From Candidatus Babeliales bacterium (GTDB lineage Bacteria > Babelota > Babeliae > Babelales > JACPOV01), in the NCBI GenBank assembly GCA_050250855.1, contig JBFWNW010000001.1, positions 344,279 through 408,278 of the forward strand: a stretch of 64,000 nucleotides of DNA. Reading direction: 5' to 3'. The notes beneath the pieces are model-generated. The model was not told where the DNA came from and ran no database searches. It worked only from the letters and a program-made list of their open reading frames with translations. How positions within the stretch are numbered: position 1 is the stretch's first letter; every line of letters begins with the position of its first letter. The position numbers were made by a program, and so were the translations under genes. Below, one piece after another: positions 1-10,216 of this stretch.

Positions 1-400
1 GTCCAAGTATACTGGAATTTTTCACACAGTACTGTTTGTGTATCAAGAAGAATGTGATCTAAAATTGTCCAGGTATCTTGGAACTTAGCGCACAGAATTG
101 TTTGCGTGTCAAAGAAACCAAATTCAAGGGCAGTCCAAGTATACTGGAATTTTTCACACAGTATCGTTTGTGTATCAAGAAGAATGTGATCTAAAATTGT
201 CCAGGTATCTTGGAACTTAGCGCACATAATTGTTTGCGTGTCAAAGAAACCAAATTCAAGGGCGGTCCAAGTATACTGGAACTTTTCACACAGTATCGTT
301 TGTGTATCAAGAAGAATATGATCTAAAATTGTCCAGGTATCTTGGAACTTAGCGCACATAATTGTTTGCGTGTCGTAGAAACCAAACTCTAGTGCTGTAA
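1..400 (-). repeat. 132-bp (44-aa) intragenic tandem repeat, ~3 copies visible, continues off window
   Basis: GTCCAAGTATACTGGAA at 1, 133 and 265; unit ALEFGFFDTQT-ILCAKFQDTWT-ILDHILLDTQT-ILCEKFQYTWT. Confidence 0.95.
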
Positions 401-3400
401 ATACTCCAGAAAGATCTATTGTTACTGATACCATTATTTCACCAATAGTAACTGAAAGGTTCAAGTTATCTAATACGGTAAAGATGTTGTTAATATCAAT
501 ATCTATCTTCTCTAATATTGACCAGGTAAATTCAAACTTCTCACAAACTATTGTTTGTGTATCAATTATAGCTTGACCAATATTAAAATATGTTGGATTA
601 CAATCTAAATAAATATTATCGAGGCGATTTGTTGACTTACTTGATTCAATACCACCTTCAACGCCAAGGTTTCCATTAATAATGTAACGTTGTTGAAGAT
701 TTGCAATGGCATAAGCATAGTTACCAGAAATAAATGATAATCCATCATCTGCACAATCAAAACGTGAACACACATCATTATTAAGATCTGTTACTGCACG
801 TCCTGGCGTGCCATCTGTTCCTGGTGTAGAACCAGCACTAACGCCCCCAGTTCCGGTATTGCTAAACGTACAATTACGTACTTCAGTATCCTTAGAGAGT
901 GCATTGATGCGTACACCATCCCCACCATCACCGCCATTACCAGAAGTATTGGATTCTGCAGATCCTCCTTGGCCTCCATCACCAGTTTTTATAACTATAC
1001 AAGAATGAATTTCTGTGCCACATGCTTCTTCTACAAAAATAGCGTGGCCTGCATTACCACCAAAGCCACCTAATCCTAACATTGAATCAGCACCGCGATT
1101 TCCAGATCCAGTTGCCAAAATTGAACAATTAGTAATTGTAGTATGCTCAGCAGTACTTGTTATAAGAATACCATGTCCGCCACTGCCACCTTGAGCTCCC
1201 CCATTTAAGGTGTTAACGCCAAGTTCTAAACCAGCAAAACTTCCATGGCTTGTAGTTATTTTTGAATCAAGTATGCATACAAAGTGACCAGTTGATTTAA
1301 TACCAATACCACCTGAGCCGCCATCTCCTCCAGGAAGTGCAGCCCCTGTTCCCCCATGGCCACCTACACCAGTTTCTATAGTACATTGTATGATTTGGTC
1401 ATGATTTTCATTGCTTTCTTGAATATCAATACCAATTCCACCATTACCACCATTACCTCCAGCCCCACCAAATACTCCAGGTGTCCCACCATTACCACCA
1501 TTACCTCCATCACCCGTATGAATAAAAGTAGTTTTAATAAGTGTATTATTACCTATGCTTAATATTCCGGTACCAGCAGTTCCTCCTAGGCCACCATTTG
1601 CTATAGGATTATTAGTTCCATTTGAAGCTGATCCACTATGAATACAACAATCAATGATCCATGTTTTTTGACCAAAGTTATTGATACCATTTCTACCGTT
1701 AATGCCACTATTGTTAGCTCCTTGTCCTGTTGAGTTAGCATTTTGGATTGTTAAATTCAAAAGACGTGTACTCTTCATTCCTTGCTCTACCGTAACTGCA
1801 GCAATATCTGCTTGCGCTTGTGTAGTAGGTGTAGGCGCAAAAATTTTACCATTTTTGACAATAACATCATTAGCCGCTACATCAATAGTTCCGGTAACCA
1901 CACGATCATTAAGGTTGAGCGATACATTTTCACCAGAAATAACAATATCTCCGTTTATGTTTTCACACAATATGTAGTTTTGGCCTTCAGTGGCAAGAAG
2001 AATTACTCCACCAATAACATTTTCTTGTGTAAGGTTAATTGCCGAACAGCCACAATCAAGGGTAATTGTTGCAAGAATTTCTGCTAAAATTGTCCATGTC
2101 TGTTCAAACTTATCACATATTATTGTTTGCGTATTAAAGAACCCAAACTCAAGTGCAGTAAAGATACCAGAAAGATCTGTAGTTGCACATATATTTATAT
2201 TATCTATGGCAGTGAATATGCCATTAATATCAATATCAATTTTTTGTAGAGCTGACCAGGTGAATTCAAACTTCTCACAAACTATTGTTTGTATGTTATT
2301 AAAATCAAATTCAAGTGCCGTAAATATTCCCGTTAAATCTACGGTTGGACAAATATCAATATTATCTATGGCAGTAAAAATACCGTTAATATCAATATCT
2401 ATTTTATTGAGTATCGACCAAGTAAATTCAAAATTTTCAGCAATGGTGGTTAGTATGTTGATACTGTTTCCATTAATCTCAGCAAGGATAGTCCATGTAT
2501 CTTGAAACTTCTCACAAACTATTGTTTGTATGTTATTAAAATCAAATTCAAGTGCCGTAAATATGCCAGATAAATCTACGGTTGGACAAATATCAATATT
2601 ATCTATGGCGGTAAAAATACCGTTAATATCAACATCTATTTTATTGAGTATCGACCAAGTAAATTGAAAATTTTCAGCAATGGTGGTTAGTATGTTGATA
2701 CTGTTTCCATTAATCTCAGCAAGGATAGTCCATGTATCTTGAAACTTCTCACAGATTATTGTTTGTAGATTATTGAAGTCAAATTCTAATGCGGTAAATA
2801 TGCCAGAAAGATCAATGCTTACACTAACCTGAATATCTTCCAGTGCGGTATAGATTCCATTAACATCGATATCTATTTTTTGTAGAGCAGACCATGTGAA
2901 TTCAAACTTCTCACAAACTATTGTTTGTATGTTATTAAAATCAAATTCAAGTGCCGTAAATATGCCAGATAAATCTACGGTTGGACAAATATCAATATTA
3001 TCTATGGCGGTAAAAATACCGTTAATATCAATATCTATTTTATTGAGTATCGACCAAGTAAATTGAAAATTTTCAGCAATGGTGGTTAGTATGTTGATAC
3101 TGTTTTCATTAATTTCAGCAAGGATAGTCCATGTATCTTGAAACTTCTCACAGATTATTGTTTGCAGATTATTGAAGTCAAATTCTAATGCGGTAAATAT
3201 GCCAGAAAGATCAATGCTTACACTAACCTGAATATCTTCCAGTGCGGTATAGATTCCATTAACATCGATATCTATTTTTTGTAAAATAGACCATGTATCT
3301 TGGAATTTAATACAGATGAGAGCGTCAATTCTTTTTTTTATAGTATTAATGAGGGCTTGTATCTGCGTTAGATCGCAACCATTGCAACATCCTGCTACAG

Positions 3401-3725
3401 CATCATTTGCTTCTGATGAAGGGGCATCAATGCGTGGTGCGCGATCGGTATCTAAAAAATGCTGAGGCATATGCTGTTCTACAAAATTTTTTAATTCAAA
3501 AAGAATAGCAGAAAGCTCTTCCTGAGAGTATTCAGAGGCTGGACCTTCTTGATAGGCCAGATAAAATTTATAGGTTAAGGGAAGGGAGTTTTTATGGTTT
3601 TCTAGCCATGTTGTGGATTCTTGCAGAGGGGTAGTTTCATAAGAAGAAGTAGTAGTTTCCAGAGCTGAAGCCTGTGAGATTGATAGAAGGAATAACATTA
3701 AAACTGTTTTAATTATTTTTTTCAT
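1..3725 (-). CDS. Large secreted repeat protein (>1240 aa, 3' end outside window); coiled-coil-like repeats flanking a Gly-rich right-handed beta-helix-like domain; putative adhesin/fibre
   Basis: Manual translation from ATG at 3725: MKKIIKTVLMLFLLSISQASA (signal peptide), AAAGG upstream; same frame still open at the window edge (..DHILLDTQTVLCEKFQYTWT). Absent from the ORF track because there is no stop in the window. Confidence 0.9.
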   Translation of the reverse strand, partial: MKKIIKTVLMLFLLSISQASALETTTSSYETTPLQESTTWLENHKNSLPLTYKFYLAYQEGPASEYSQEELSAILFELKNFVEQHMPQHFLDTDRAPRIDAPSSEANDAVAGCCNGCDLTQIQALINTIKKRIDALICIKFQDTWSILQKIDIDVNGIYTALEDIQVSVSIDLSGIFTALEFDFNNLQTIICEKFQDTWTILAEINENSINILTTIAENFQFTWSILNKIDIDINGIFTAIDNIDICPTVDLSGIFTALEFDFNNIQTIVCEKFEFTWSALQKIDIDVNGIYTALEDIQVSVSIDLSGIFTALEFDFNNLQTIICEKFQDTWTILAEINGNSINILTTIAENFQFTWSILNKIDVDINGIFTAIDNIDICPTVDLSGIFTALEFDFNNIQTIVCEKFQDTWTILAEINGNSINILTTIAENFEFTWSILNKIDIDINGIFTAIDNIDICPTVDLTGIFTALEFDFNNIQTIVCEKFEFTWSALQKIDIDINGIFTAIDNINICATTDLSGIFTALEFGFFNTQTIICDKFEQTWTILAEILATITLDCGCSAINLTQENVIGGVILLATEGQNYILCENINGDIVISGENVSLNLNDRVVTGTIDVAANDVIVKNGKIFAPTPTTQAQADIAAVTVEQGMKSTRLLNLTIQNANSTGQGANNSGINGRNGINNFGQKTWIIDCCIHSGSASNGTNNPIANGGLGGTAGTGILSIGNNTLIKTTFIHTGDGGNGGNGGTPGVFGGAGGNGGNGGIGIDIQESNENHDQIIQCTIETGVGGHGGTGAALPGGDGGSGGIGIKSTGHFVCILDSKITTSHGSFAGLELGVNTLNGGAQGGSGGHGILITSTAEHTTITNCSILATGSGNRGADSMLGLGGFGGNAGHAIFVEEACGTEIHSCIVIKTGDGGQGGSAESNTSGNGGDGGDGVRINALSKDTEVRNCTFSNTGTGGVSAGSTPGTDGTPGRAVTDLNNDVCSRFDCADDGLSFISGNYAYAIANLQQRYIINGNLGVEGGIESSKSTNRLDNIYLDCNPTYFNIGQAIIDTQTIVCEKFEFTWSILEKIDIDINNIFTVLDNLNLSVTIGEIMVSVTIDLSGVFTALEFGFYDTQTIMCAKFQDTWTILDHILLDTQTILCEKFQYTWTALEFGFFDTQTIMCAKFQDTWTILDHILLDTQTILCEKFQYTWTALEFGFFDTQTILCAKFQDTWTILDHILLDTQTVLCEKFQYTW
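2260..3300 (-). repeat. Near-identical intragenic duplications with 237-bp and 399-bp offsets
   Basis: ACTATTGTTTGTATGTTATTAAAATCAAATTCAAGTGCCG at 2281, 2518 and 2917; GTCCATGTATCTTGAAACTTC at 2491, 2728 and 3127. Confidence 0.92.
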
Positions 3726-3842
3726 ACATACTCTACCTTTTTAATGGATACTTTTTAGTAGCTAAAACAAAAACTATATAAATAGTCAAGAAAAATATTT
3801 TTTTTGGTATACTGATAGTTATTACTAGCAAAAGGTATCGCA

Positions 3843-5711
3843 ATGCTTATTTTAAAAAATCTTAATCTTCGTTTTGGTGATCAAATAATTTTTGATGATC
3901 TTGATGCTGCCATAGCCTATGATGAAAAGATTGGGCTTCTGGGGCGGAATGGCACAGGAAAATCAACGCTTTTGCGTGCCATAGCAGGCAAGCAACATCT
4001 TGATAGTGGCACCATTACGTATGACAAAAAAAGAAAGATTGGTTATTTGCCACAAGAAGTTGTTTTGCAATCTTCAAAAACAGTTTATGATGAGGCATTT
4101 TCAGTATTTGATGAATTTATTAGTTTATCAACAGAAAAAATAGATCTTGAAACTAAGCTCAGCGCAGGTCTTGATGCTGCTCATGCAGCAGAATGCTCTA
4201 CGCGTTATGCAAAGGTGTTGGAGCTTATTACTGATTTTGATACGAATAGAGCTATTAAAGAAACTCAAAGTATTTTAAAAGGACTTGGTTTTTCTGAAAG
4301 TGGCTTGCAGCAAGAAGTTGCAACGTTGAGTGTTGGTTGGCAGATGCGTGTAGTACTTGCCAAGCTTTTATTGCAAAATGCTGATTTTTATTTATTTGAT
4401 GAACCAACGAATCATTTAGACTTACAAACCAAAGAATGGTTTTTGCATTTTTTAAAAGATGCATCATGCGGTTATCTATTAGTAACGCATGATCGTCATT
4501 TTCTAGAGCGTGCTTGTGAAAAAATTATTGAGCTCGAGCGTGGCAAAGCACGTCGCTACACCGGTAATTTTAGTATGTATCTCAAGCAAAAAAATGATGA
4601 ACGTGAGCGTTTACTTGCTGCAAAGGTACAACAAGATAAAGAGATTGCAAGAAAACAGGCAACTATTGAGCGATTTAGATATAAAGCTACCAAGCGCGGT
4701 ATGGTAAAAAGTATGGAAAAGCAGTTGGATAAAATGGATATTATTGAAATTGAGCCACCATTACCAACAGTTAATTTCTCATTTGCACCTGTTGCACGTA
4801 GTGGCAAAGTAGTACTTACGCTTGATCATGTTTCTCATTCGTTTGGTACTAAAAAAATTTTTGAAAATCTTTCAGCAGAAATTGTTAGAGGACAAAAGGT
4901 TGCATTAATTGCTCCCAACGGCATGGGAAAAACTACGTTATTTAATCTTATTACTGGTAAGTTACCTTTGCAGCAGGGCTCAATACAGTTTGGGCATAAT
5001 GTAGAACCTGCTTATTTTGAACAGGAGCAGGCTCGTGTTCTTAAACCAAATAATACCGTATTGCAGGAAGTGCTTGAAGCATGTCCACGCATTTCAGAAT
5101 CAAAAATTCGTTCTTTTTTGGGTTCATTTTTATTTTCCGGTGATGACGTTGAAAAAAAGATTCATCAACTGAGTGGTGGCGAGCGTAATCGCGTTGCTAT
5201 GGTAAAAATTTTATTGCAAGATGCCAACATGTTATTACTTGACGAGCCGACTAACCATTTAGATTTATATGCCAAAGAAGTTTTACTGCAAGCATTACAA
5301 CAGTATCAAGGAACCATGATTTTAGTAAGCCATGACCATGATTTTATTCAAAAAGTTGCTACGGCAATTATGGAGCTTACGCCATATGGGTTACATGTAT
5401 ATGATGGCGATTATGAATCATTTTTATATTATAAGAAGATGATGCATACTAATGCTGAACAAAAATCTTGTACTAAAAAAGAGATAAAAAAAGAAGTGCC
5501 AAAAGAACGCAGCAAAGATAGTGCAAAACAGCTGCGAGACGCAGAACAAAGAGTTGAGAAATTAGAAACTAAATATAAAAAGCTTGTAGAGCATGTTGCT
5601 CAACAGTATGGCACAGCAGACTATCAAAAACTTGCCCAGCAGCTGCAAGCAGTACAAAAAGAATTAGATGAAGCAATGGCACATTGGGATAATTTAGTTG
5701 ATCAATGGTGA
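3843..5711 (+). CDS. ABC-F family ATP-binding protein (ribosome-associated, YheS/Uup-like)
   Basis: Two ABC domains (GRNGTGKST, LSVGW, FDEPTNHLD; APNGMGKTT, LSGGE, LDEPTNHLD), no TM segments, coiled C-terminal tail. Confidence 0.93.
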   Translation: MLILKNLNLRFGDQIIFDDLDAAIAYDEKIGLLGRNGTGKSTLLRAIAGKQHLDSGTITYDKKRKIGYLPQEVVLQSSKTVYDEAFSVFDEFISLSTEKIDLETKLSAGLDAAHAAECSTRYAKVLELITDFDTNRAIKETQSILKGLGFSESGLQQEVATLSVGWQMRVVLAKLLLQNADFYLFDEPTNHLDLQTKEWFLHFLKDASCGYLLVTHDRHFLERACEKIIELERGKARRYTGNFSMYLKQKNDERERLLAAKVQQDKEIARKQATIERFRYKATKRGMVKSMEKQLDKMDIIEIEPPLPTVNFSFAPVARSGKVVLTLDHVSHSFGTKKIFENLSAEIVRGQKVALIAPNGMGKTTLFNLITGKLPLQQGSIQFGHNVEPAYFEQEQARVLKPNNTVLQEVLEACPRISESKIRSFLGSFLFSGDDVEKKIHQLSGGERNRVAMVKILLQDANMLLLDEPTNHLDLYAKEVLLQALQQYQGTMILVSHDHDFIQKVATAIMELTPYGLHVYDGDYESFLYYKKMMHTNAEQKSCTKKEIKKEVPKERSKDSAKQLRDAEQRVEKLETKYKKLVEHVAQQYGTADYQKLAQQLQAVQKELDEAMAHWDNLVDQW

Positions 5712-5726
5712 ATATGAAGGAGTAGT

Positions 5727-6791
5727 ATGAAAGGCATAATTATGACGTTTACTATAGCAACATCGCTTATTGCAGCTCAGGATACTATGTACAAGTATAT
5801 TGATTCATTTCCAGAACAAGTTGCACAAGCTCGTGCTATAGGAAAAACTATTTCAGTAAAAAATATACCAGCGCATATTAACGGCATTGTTTTTGCTGGC
5901 ATGGGAGGTTCTGGTATTGCAGGACAAGTTGTGGCAACAACGTTAGCGCAAGAACTGTCTATTCCCGTAGCAACCGTTAAAGGATACGCTTTGCCCAATT
6001 GGGTGAATAAAAATACGCTTGTCATTTTGCTTAGTTATTCTGGCAACACTGAAGAAACAATTTCTTGCTTTCATGATGCAAAAGTACGCAATGCATGCAT
6101 TGCGGGTATTACCAGTGGTGGACAACTGGCAGATTTATTAGAACATGATGGTTACGATTGCATTAGAGTTCCTGGTGGCATGCAACCACGTGCAGCATTA
6201 GGATATTTATCAATCCCTCTTTATTATTATGTATTTAAATTTGGGCTTACGTGTAAAACAGTTTTTGAAATGCTTGATCAGGTAGAAGCTATGCTTGTAA
6301 AGGCACGAGATCTGTATCATGCAAGTGGTATTGCTAATAATGCTTACGCAATAGCACAAAAATTACAAGGTAAACTACCACTTATGTACGGTATTAGTGA
6401 GAGCACCGATGTTGTTGCTACGCGTTGGCGCGCACAACTAGCAGAAAATAGTAAAGTTTTTGCTTCAATGCATGTAGTACCAGAAATGAATCATAATGAA
6501 TTAGAAGCTTTTACGCGGTCAATGAATAATAAAGATGTTGCTATTGTATGGCTTTTAGATGAAGCGGTACATGGACGAATAAAAAAGAGACAAAGAATTT
6601 GTTCTGATTTGATGCAACCCTATGCACAAACGCATATTGTGGTAGAAGTGTCCGGTGCTACCTTTATGGAGCGTATGTTCCATGCACTTTATTTAGGAGA
6701 TTGGGTCAGTTACTGGCTTGCGCAGCTCAATGAAACCGACCCATTAATAATTCCTATGATCAGTGCATTAAAAGAGAATATGCAAGATTAA
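5727..6791 (+). CDS. Bifunctional phosphoglucose/phosphomannose isomerase (SIS fold)
   Basis: GMGGSGIAG, SYSGNTEET, ITSGG, QPRAA, ENSK and PEMNHNE motifs. Confidence 0.9.
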   Translation: MKGIIMTFTIATSLIAAQDTMYKYIDSFPEQVAQARAIGKTISVKNIPAHINGIVFAGMGGSGIAGQVVATTLAQELSIPVATVKGYALPNWVNKNTLVILLSYSGNTEETISCFHDAKVRNACIAGITSGGQLADLLEHDGYDCIRVPGGMQPRAALGYLSIPLYYYVFKFGLTCKTVFEMLDQVEAMLVKARDLYHASGIANNAYAIAQKLQGKLPLMYGISESTDVVATRWRAQLAENSKVFASMHVVPEMNHNELEAFTRSMNNKDVAIVWLLDEAVHGRIKKRQRICSDLMQPYAQTHIVVEVSGATFMERMFHALYLGDWVSYWLAQLNETDPLIIPMISALKENMQD

Positions 6792-7306
6792 TAGTTGTTT
6801 ATAAAAAAACGTTCTTTTGATGCTAGATTTAAAACATTAAGGGCTAAAACTTCTTTTGTTACCTTATTAATTAATGCATAAATTTTAAAATGTTGATTAA
6901 CTTCATTTTTGAAGTAGGTCATGAATTCATCACGTTTTTCAGAAGGTTTTGCTTTCAATGCACTTGCATAATTTAGCATGTCTGTTTTATTAAGATTAAC
7001 TGTTTTGAAAGCGCCCTCTTTACATAAATCTATAATGCCATCAATAATTTCTTCATTAAGATCGATGGGTTTTATGGTGAAAAAGATTTCATGCCACAAA
7101 TTAGGAATATACTTGGCAGTAAATAATTTAGGCTTATCAGATTTAGGCTTAACAGTCCAACCAATATCCTCAAATAAATTTTCAATTTTTGAATGTATTG
7201 GAAAATCATGAGGAGCACTTTTTTCTGATTTTTCTGGCTCCATGCCAAAAAGACCTGCTGCCAGGGTTAATCCAGATAAAAGAGTAAATAATGATAGTTT
7301 TTTCAT
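6788..7306 (-). CDS. Secreted hypothetical protein
   Basis: GGAGG RBS before ATG at 7306; MKKLSLFTLLSGLTLAAGLFG-MEP signal peptide. Confidence 0.75.
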   Translation of the reverse strand: MKKLSLFTLLSGLTLAAGLFGMEPEKSEKSAPHDFPIHSKIENLFEDIGWTVKPKSDKPKLFTAKYIPNLWHEIFFTIKPIDLNEEIIDGIIDLCKEGAFKTVNLNKTDMLNYASALKAKPSEKRDEFMTYFKNEVNQHFKIYALINKVTKEVLALNVLNLASKERFFINNY

Positions 7307-7376
7307 AGTAAAAACCTCCAGTTTCAATGGCTTATTGTTTTTTAATTATAATTGAAATAATAATAAAAACAAGAGC

Positions 7377-8483
7377 CTACTGGCCTATATAGTGCTGCCT
7401 GATGGAAATGCCATTGATCCACCCCAGGCTTGCCAGGGTAATCCAGAGGTTACTGATACCGTAGCTTAGTAGGGGTAGGGGTATGCCGACAATTGGTAAA
7501 AGCCCGGTTACCATCCCTATATTGATAAGTGTGGAAAGCATAATATGGATTAAAAGCCCAAAAGCTAGAAGCTGGGCAAAGAAGTTATTGATAGTGAATA
7601 TGAGATATAAAAGGCGTATAAAAAGAGCTAGGTAGAGGACTAAAACAAGCAAAGCGCCCAGAAAACCCCATTCTTCGCACAATATAGCAAAAATAAAATC
7701 TGTTCTGCCTTCAGGTAAAAACATGAGCCTATTTTGAGTTCCCTGTAAAAGTCCTTTGCCAAAAAATCCTCCTGAACCTATAGCAATTTTTGACTGTTCA
7801 AGTTGGTACCGCTCTTTGCTTGCATCGCCAGCACCAAAGAATACGGCAATACGATTTTTTTGATACGGTTTTAAAATATGCCAGAGGAGGGGTGCGGAAA
7901 AAAGTGATGCGCAAAATAAAGCTATAAAAAACTTTTTTTGTAATCCTGCAAACCATAATAGTATGAGCCCTGAGCATGCAACAAGCAGTGCTGTTCCTAG
8001 ATCTGGTTGCTTTAAAATTAAAATAAAACTTACGGTAACGGTTAAAAGTAATGGTGCAAAGTTTCTAAAACTATACACAGGAACATCATTGCAGCTATGC
8101 AAATGGTAGGTGATGAATGCAGGTAAAAAAAGTTTTGCAACTTCAGATGGCTGAAACCTAAAAAAGAAAAGGCTGATCCATCGCTGGCCACCCATGAAAA
8201 TCTTTCCTTTAATGAGTGTAAAAAACAGGAGTCCAATAATAATGATATATACTACAAAGCCCCAGTGGCACAACCGTCGGTAATCAATAATGGAAAAAAG
8301 TGCATAAATAATTAGTCCTGATACAAAACCAAAACATTGTTTTTTGAAAAAAATAGAATACGGCTGTTGCTCAGTGTATGTTGAGCTAAAAATAAAAAGA
8401 AGTCCTATCAAACACAAACTTATGGTGATGGCAAAGCCAAACCAATCAAAGTAACGAAAATAACGAATGTGCGGTAGTTCCAT
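7377..8483 (-). CDS. rodA: Rod shape-determining protein RodA (SEDS family)
   Basis: GGQRWI, FQPSE, QPDLGT, LKPYQ..RI, QSKIAIGSGG, FLPEGRTDFIF, GIPLPLLSYG. Confidence 0.93.
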   Translation of the reverse strand: MELPHIRYFRYFDWFGFAITISLCLIGLLFIFSSTYTEQQPYSIFFKKQCFGFVSGLIIYALFSIIDYRRLCHWGFVVYIIIIGLLFFTLIKGKIFMGGQRWISLFFFRFQPSEVAKLFLPAFITYHLHSCNDVPVYSFRNFAPLLLTVTVSFILILKQPDLGTALLVACSGLILLWFAGLQKKFFIALFCASLFSAPLLWHILKPYQKNRIAVFFGAGDASKERYQLEQSKIAIGSGGFFGKGLLQGTQNRLMFLPEGRTDFIFAILCEEWGFLGALLVLVLYLALFIRLLYLIFTINNFFAQLLAFGLLIHIMLSTLINIGMVTGLLPIVGIPLPLLSYGISNLWITLASLGWINGISIRQHYIGQ

Positions 8484-8496
8484 ATTCTTTAACTAG

Positions 8497-9312
8497 TTAT
8501 GGTTTTGTTACTACTGCATAGAGCTGATAGGTTTCATAAGTAAACTCGTTATTTCTGGTTGCTATATAACGTTCAATAAGTTCTTGAGCAAACTCTTTTT
8601 GTTTTTCCTGCGATAAAGGATTTAAACATGATAGTGCAAGAACATGTTGTATCATTTTTTCTTTACTTTCAAATTGACCTTTATTGTAGAATGATCTTAA
8701 TTCAATAATATGGAATCCACTTTGTGCCAGCATATCTTCAATAGTTCCCTGTCTTTCATGATACCAAGGCCATGTGTGGTCTATAGGAAAGTACTGTTGC
8801 CAATAATCTTGCGCTCGCATTTTATTGCCAATTGCAATCATGCTATTTTCACGATCAGGAGATTTAATGGTTAAAAGAAAGACAAATTTTCCGCCCGGCT
8901 TGAGTGCTTTAAAGACAGCATCAAAAACTTTTTGTTTATCTTTAATCCAGTGAAGACAGTTAAAGCTAAAAGCAAGATCAAATTCTTGATTAAAATTTAA
9001 GGTTGTAGCATCAATCGCGGCAAAAGAAAGATTTTCTTGCATGTAATGTTCTTGTGCAACAGTTATCATACTCCCTGATGCATCGGTACCAAGAACAGAA
9101 CCGGTTGTTTTTTTTGCAATTTCTGCCGTAAGTGCGCCATTGCCGCAGCCAATATCAAGAATGTTTTCTGATCCTTTAAACTGCCAGTTATTAATAATAG
9201 CGGAGCCTTTTTGAAACTGAATGGAAGAATTTTGATGATAAAGTTTCCCATCCCATTCTGAAGCAGCAAGCAAAGAGCAACTTGCTAAAACAAGAGATTT
9301 TATTTGTTTCAT
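8497..9312 (-). CDS. Class I SAM-dependent methyltransferase (Tam-like) with signal-like N-terminus, paralog 1
   Basis: ILDIGCGNG, FDLAFSFNCLHWI, LKPGG. Confidence 0.88.
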   Translation of the reverse strand: MKQIKSLVLASCSLLAASEWDGKLYHQNSSIQFQKGSAIINNWQFKGSENILDIGCGNGALTAEIAKKTTGSVLGTDASGSMITVAQEHYMQENLSFAAIDATTLNFNQEFDLAFSFNCLHWIKDKQKVFDAVFKALKPGGKFVFLLTIKSPDRENSMIAIGNKMRAQDYWQQYFPIDHTWPWYHERQGTIEDMLAQSGFHIIELRSFYNKGQFESKEKMIQHVLALSCLNPLSQEKQKEFAQELIERYIATRNNEFTYETYQLYAVVTKP

Positions 9313-9324
9313 ATTTATATCCTT

Positions 9325-10149
9325 TTATGGTTTTGTTACTACTGCATAGATTTGGTACGCTTCATAGTGATGAGGATTTTCTAAGCCGCTGATTTCAGAC
9401 AAATAGCTATCAATAAGTTCACGTACAAATTGTTCTTGTTTTTCTTGAGATAAAGGATCTAACCATGATAAGGCAAGAAGATGTTGTATTATATTTTCTT
9501 TATTTTCAATTGGGACGCCATTGTAACATGATTTTAGTTCAATAATGTTAAAATTGCTTTGTGTTAGCATATTTTCAATAGTTTCTTGTTTTTCATGGTA
9601 CCACGGCCATTGATGGTTTTCTGGAAAATACTGTTTCCAATATTCATTTGATTTTAATTCTGTTGCTAGTGTTATAAGTTTATAATTTCGATCAGGTGGC
9701 TTTATGCTAAAAAGAAAGACAAATTTTCCGCCCGGCTTGAGTGCTTTAAAAACAGCATCAAAAACTTTTTGTTTATCTTTAATCCAATGAAGACAGTTAA
9801 AGCTAAAAGCAAGATCAAATTCTTGATTAAAATTTAACGTTGTAGCATCAATGGTTGCAAAAGAAAGATTTTCTTGTATGTAATGGTGTTGTGCAAAAGC
9901 TATCATACTGCCTGATGCATCGGTACCAAGAACAGAACCGGTTGTTTTTTTTGCAATTTCTCCCGTAAGTGCGCCATTGCCGCAGCCAATATCAAGAATG
10001 TTTTCTGATCCTTTAAACGGCCAGTTATTAATAATAGCAGAGCCTTTTTGAAATTGAATGGAAGAATTTTGATGATAAAGTTTCCCATCCCATTCTGAAG
10101 CTGCAAGTAAAGAGCAACTTGCTAAAGCAAAAGATTTTATTCGTTTCAT
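9325..10149 (-). CDS. Class I SAM-dependent methyltransferase (Tam-like) with signal-like N-terminus, paralog 2
   Basis: Same motifs; first ~145 aa nearly identical to 8497..9312. Confidence 0.88.
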   Translation of the reverse strand: MKRIKSFALASCSLLAASEWDGKLYHQNSSIQFQKGSAIINNWPFKGSENILDIGCGNGALTGEIAKKTTGSVLGTDASGSMIAFAQHHYIQENLSFATIDATTLNFNQEFDLAFSFNCLHWIKDKQKVFDAVFKALKPGGKFVFLFSIKPPDRNYKLITLATELKSNEYWKQYFPENHQWPWYHEKQETIENMLTQSNFNIIELKSCYNGVPIENKENIIQHLLALSWLDPLSQEKQEQFVRELIDSYLSEISGLENPHHYEAYQIYAVVTKP

Positions 10150-10216
10150 GTTTATATCCTTATATTTTTTTAATAATACAAAGATTAGAATAAAGTTTAA
10201 TAGAATGTTTTACAAG

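Noticed and set aside
791..2505. Six short track ORFs (791..982, 808..1008, 1356..1562, 1681..1977, 1782..2087, 1990..2505)
   Set aside because: Antisense or out-of-frame shadows of the long minus-strand gene starting at 3725.
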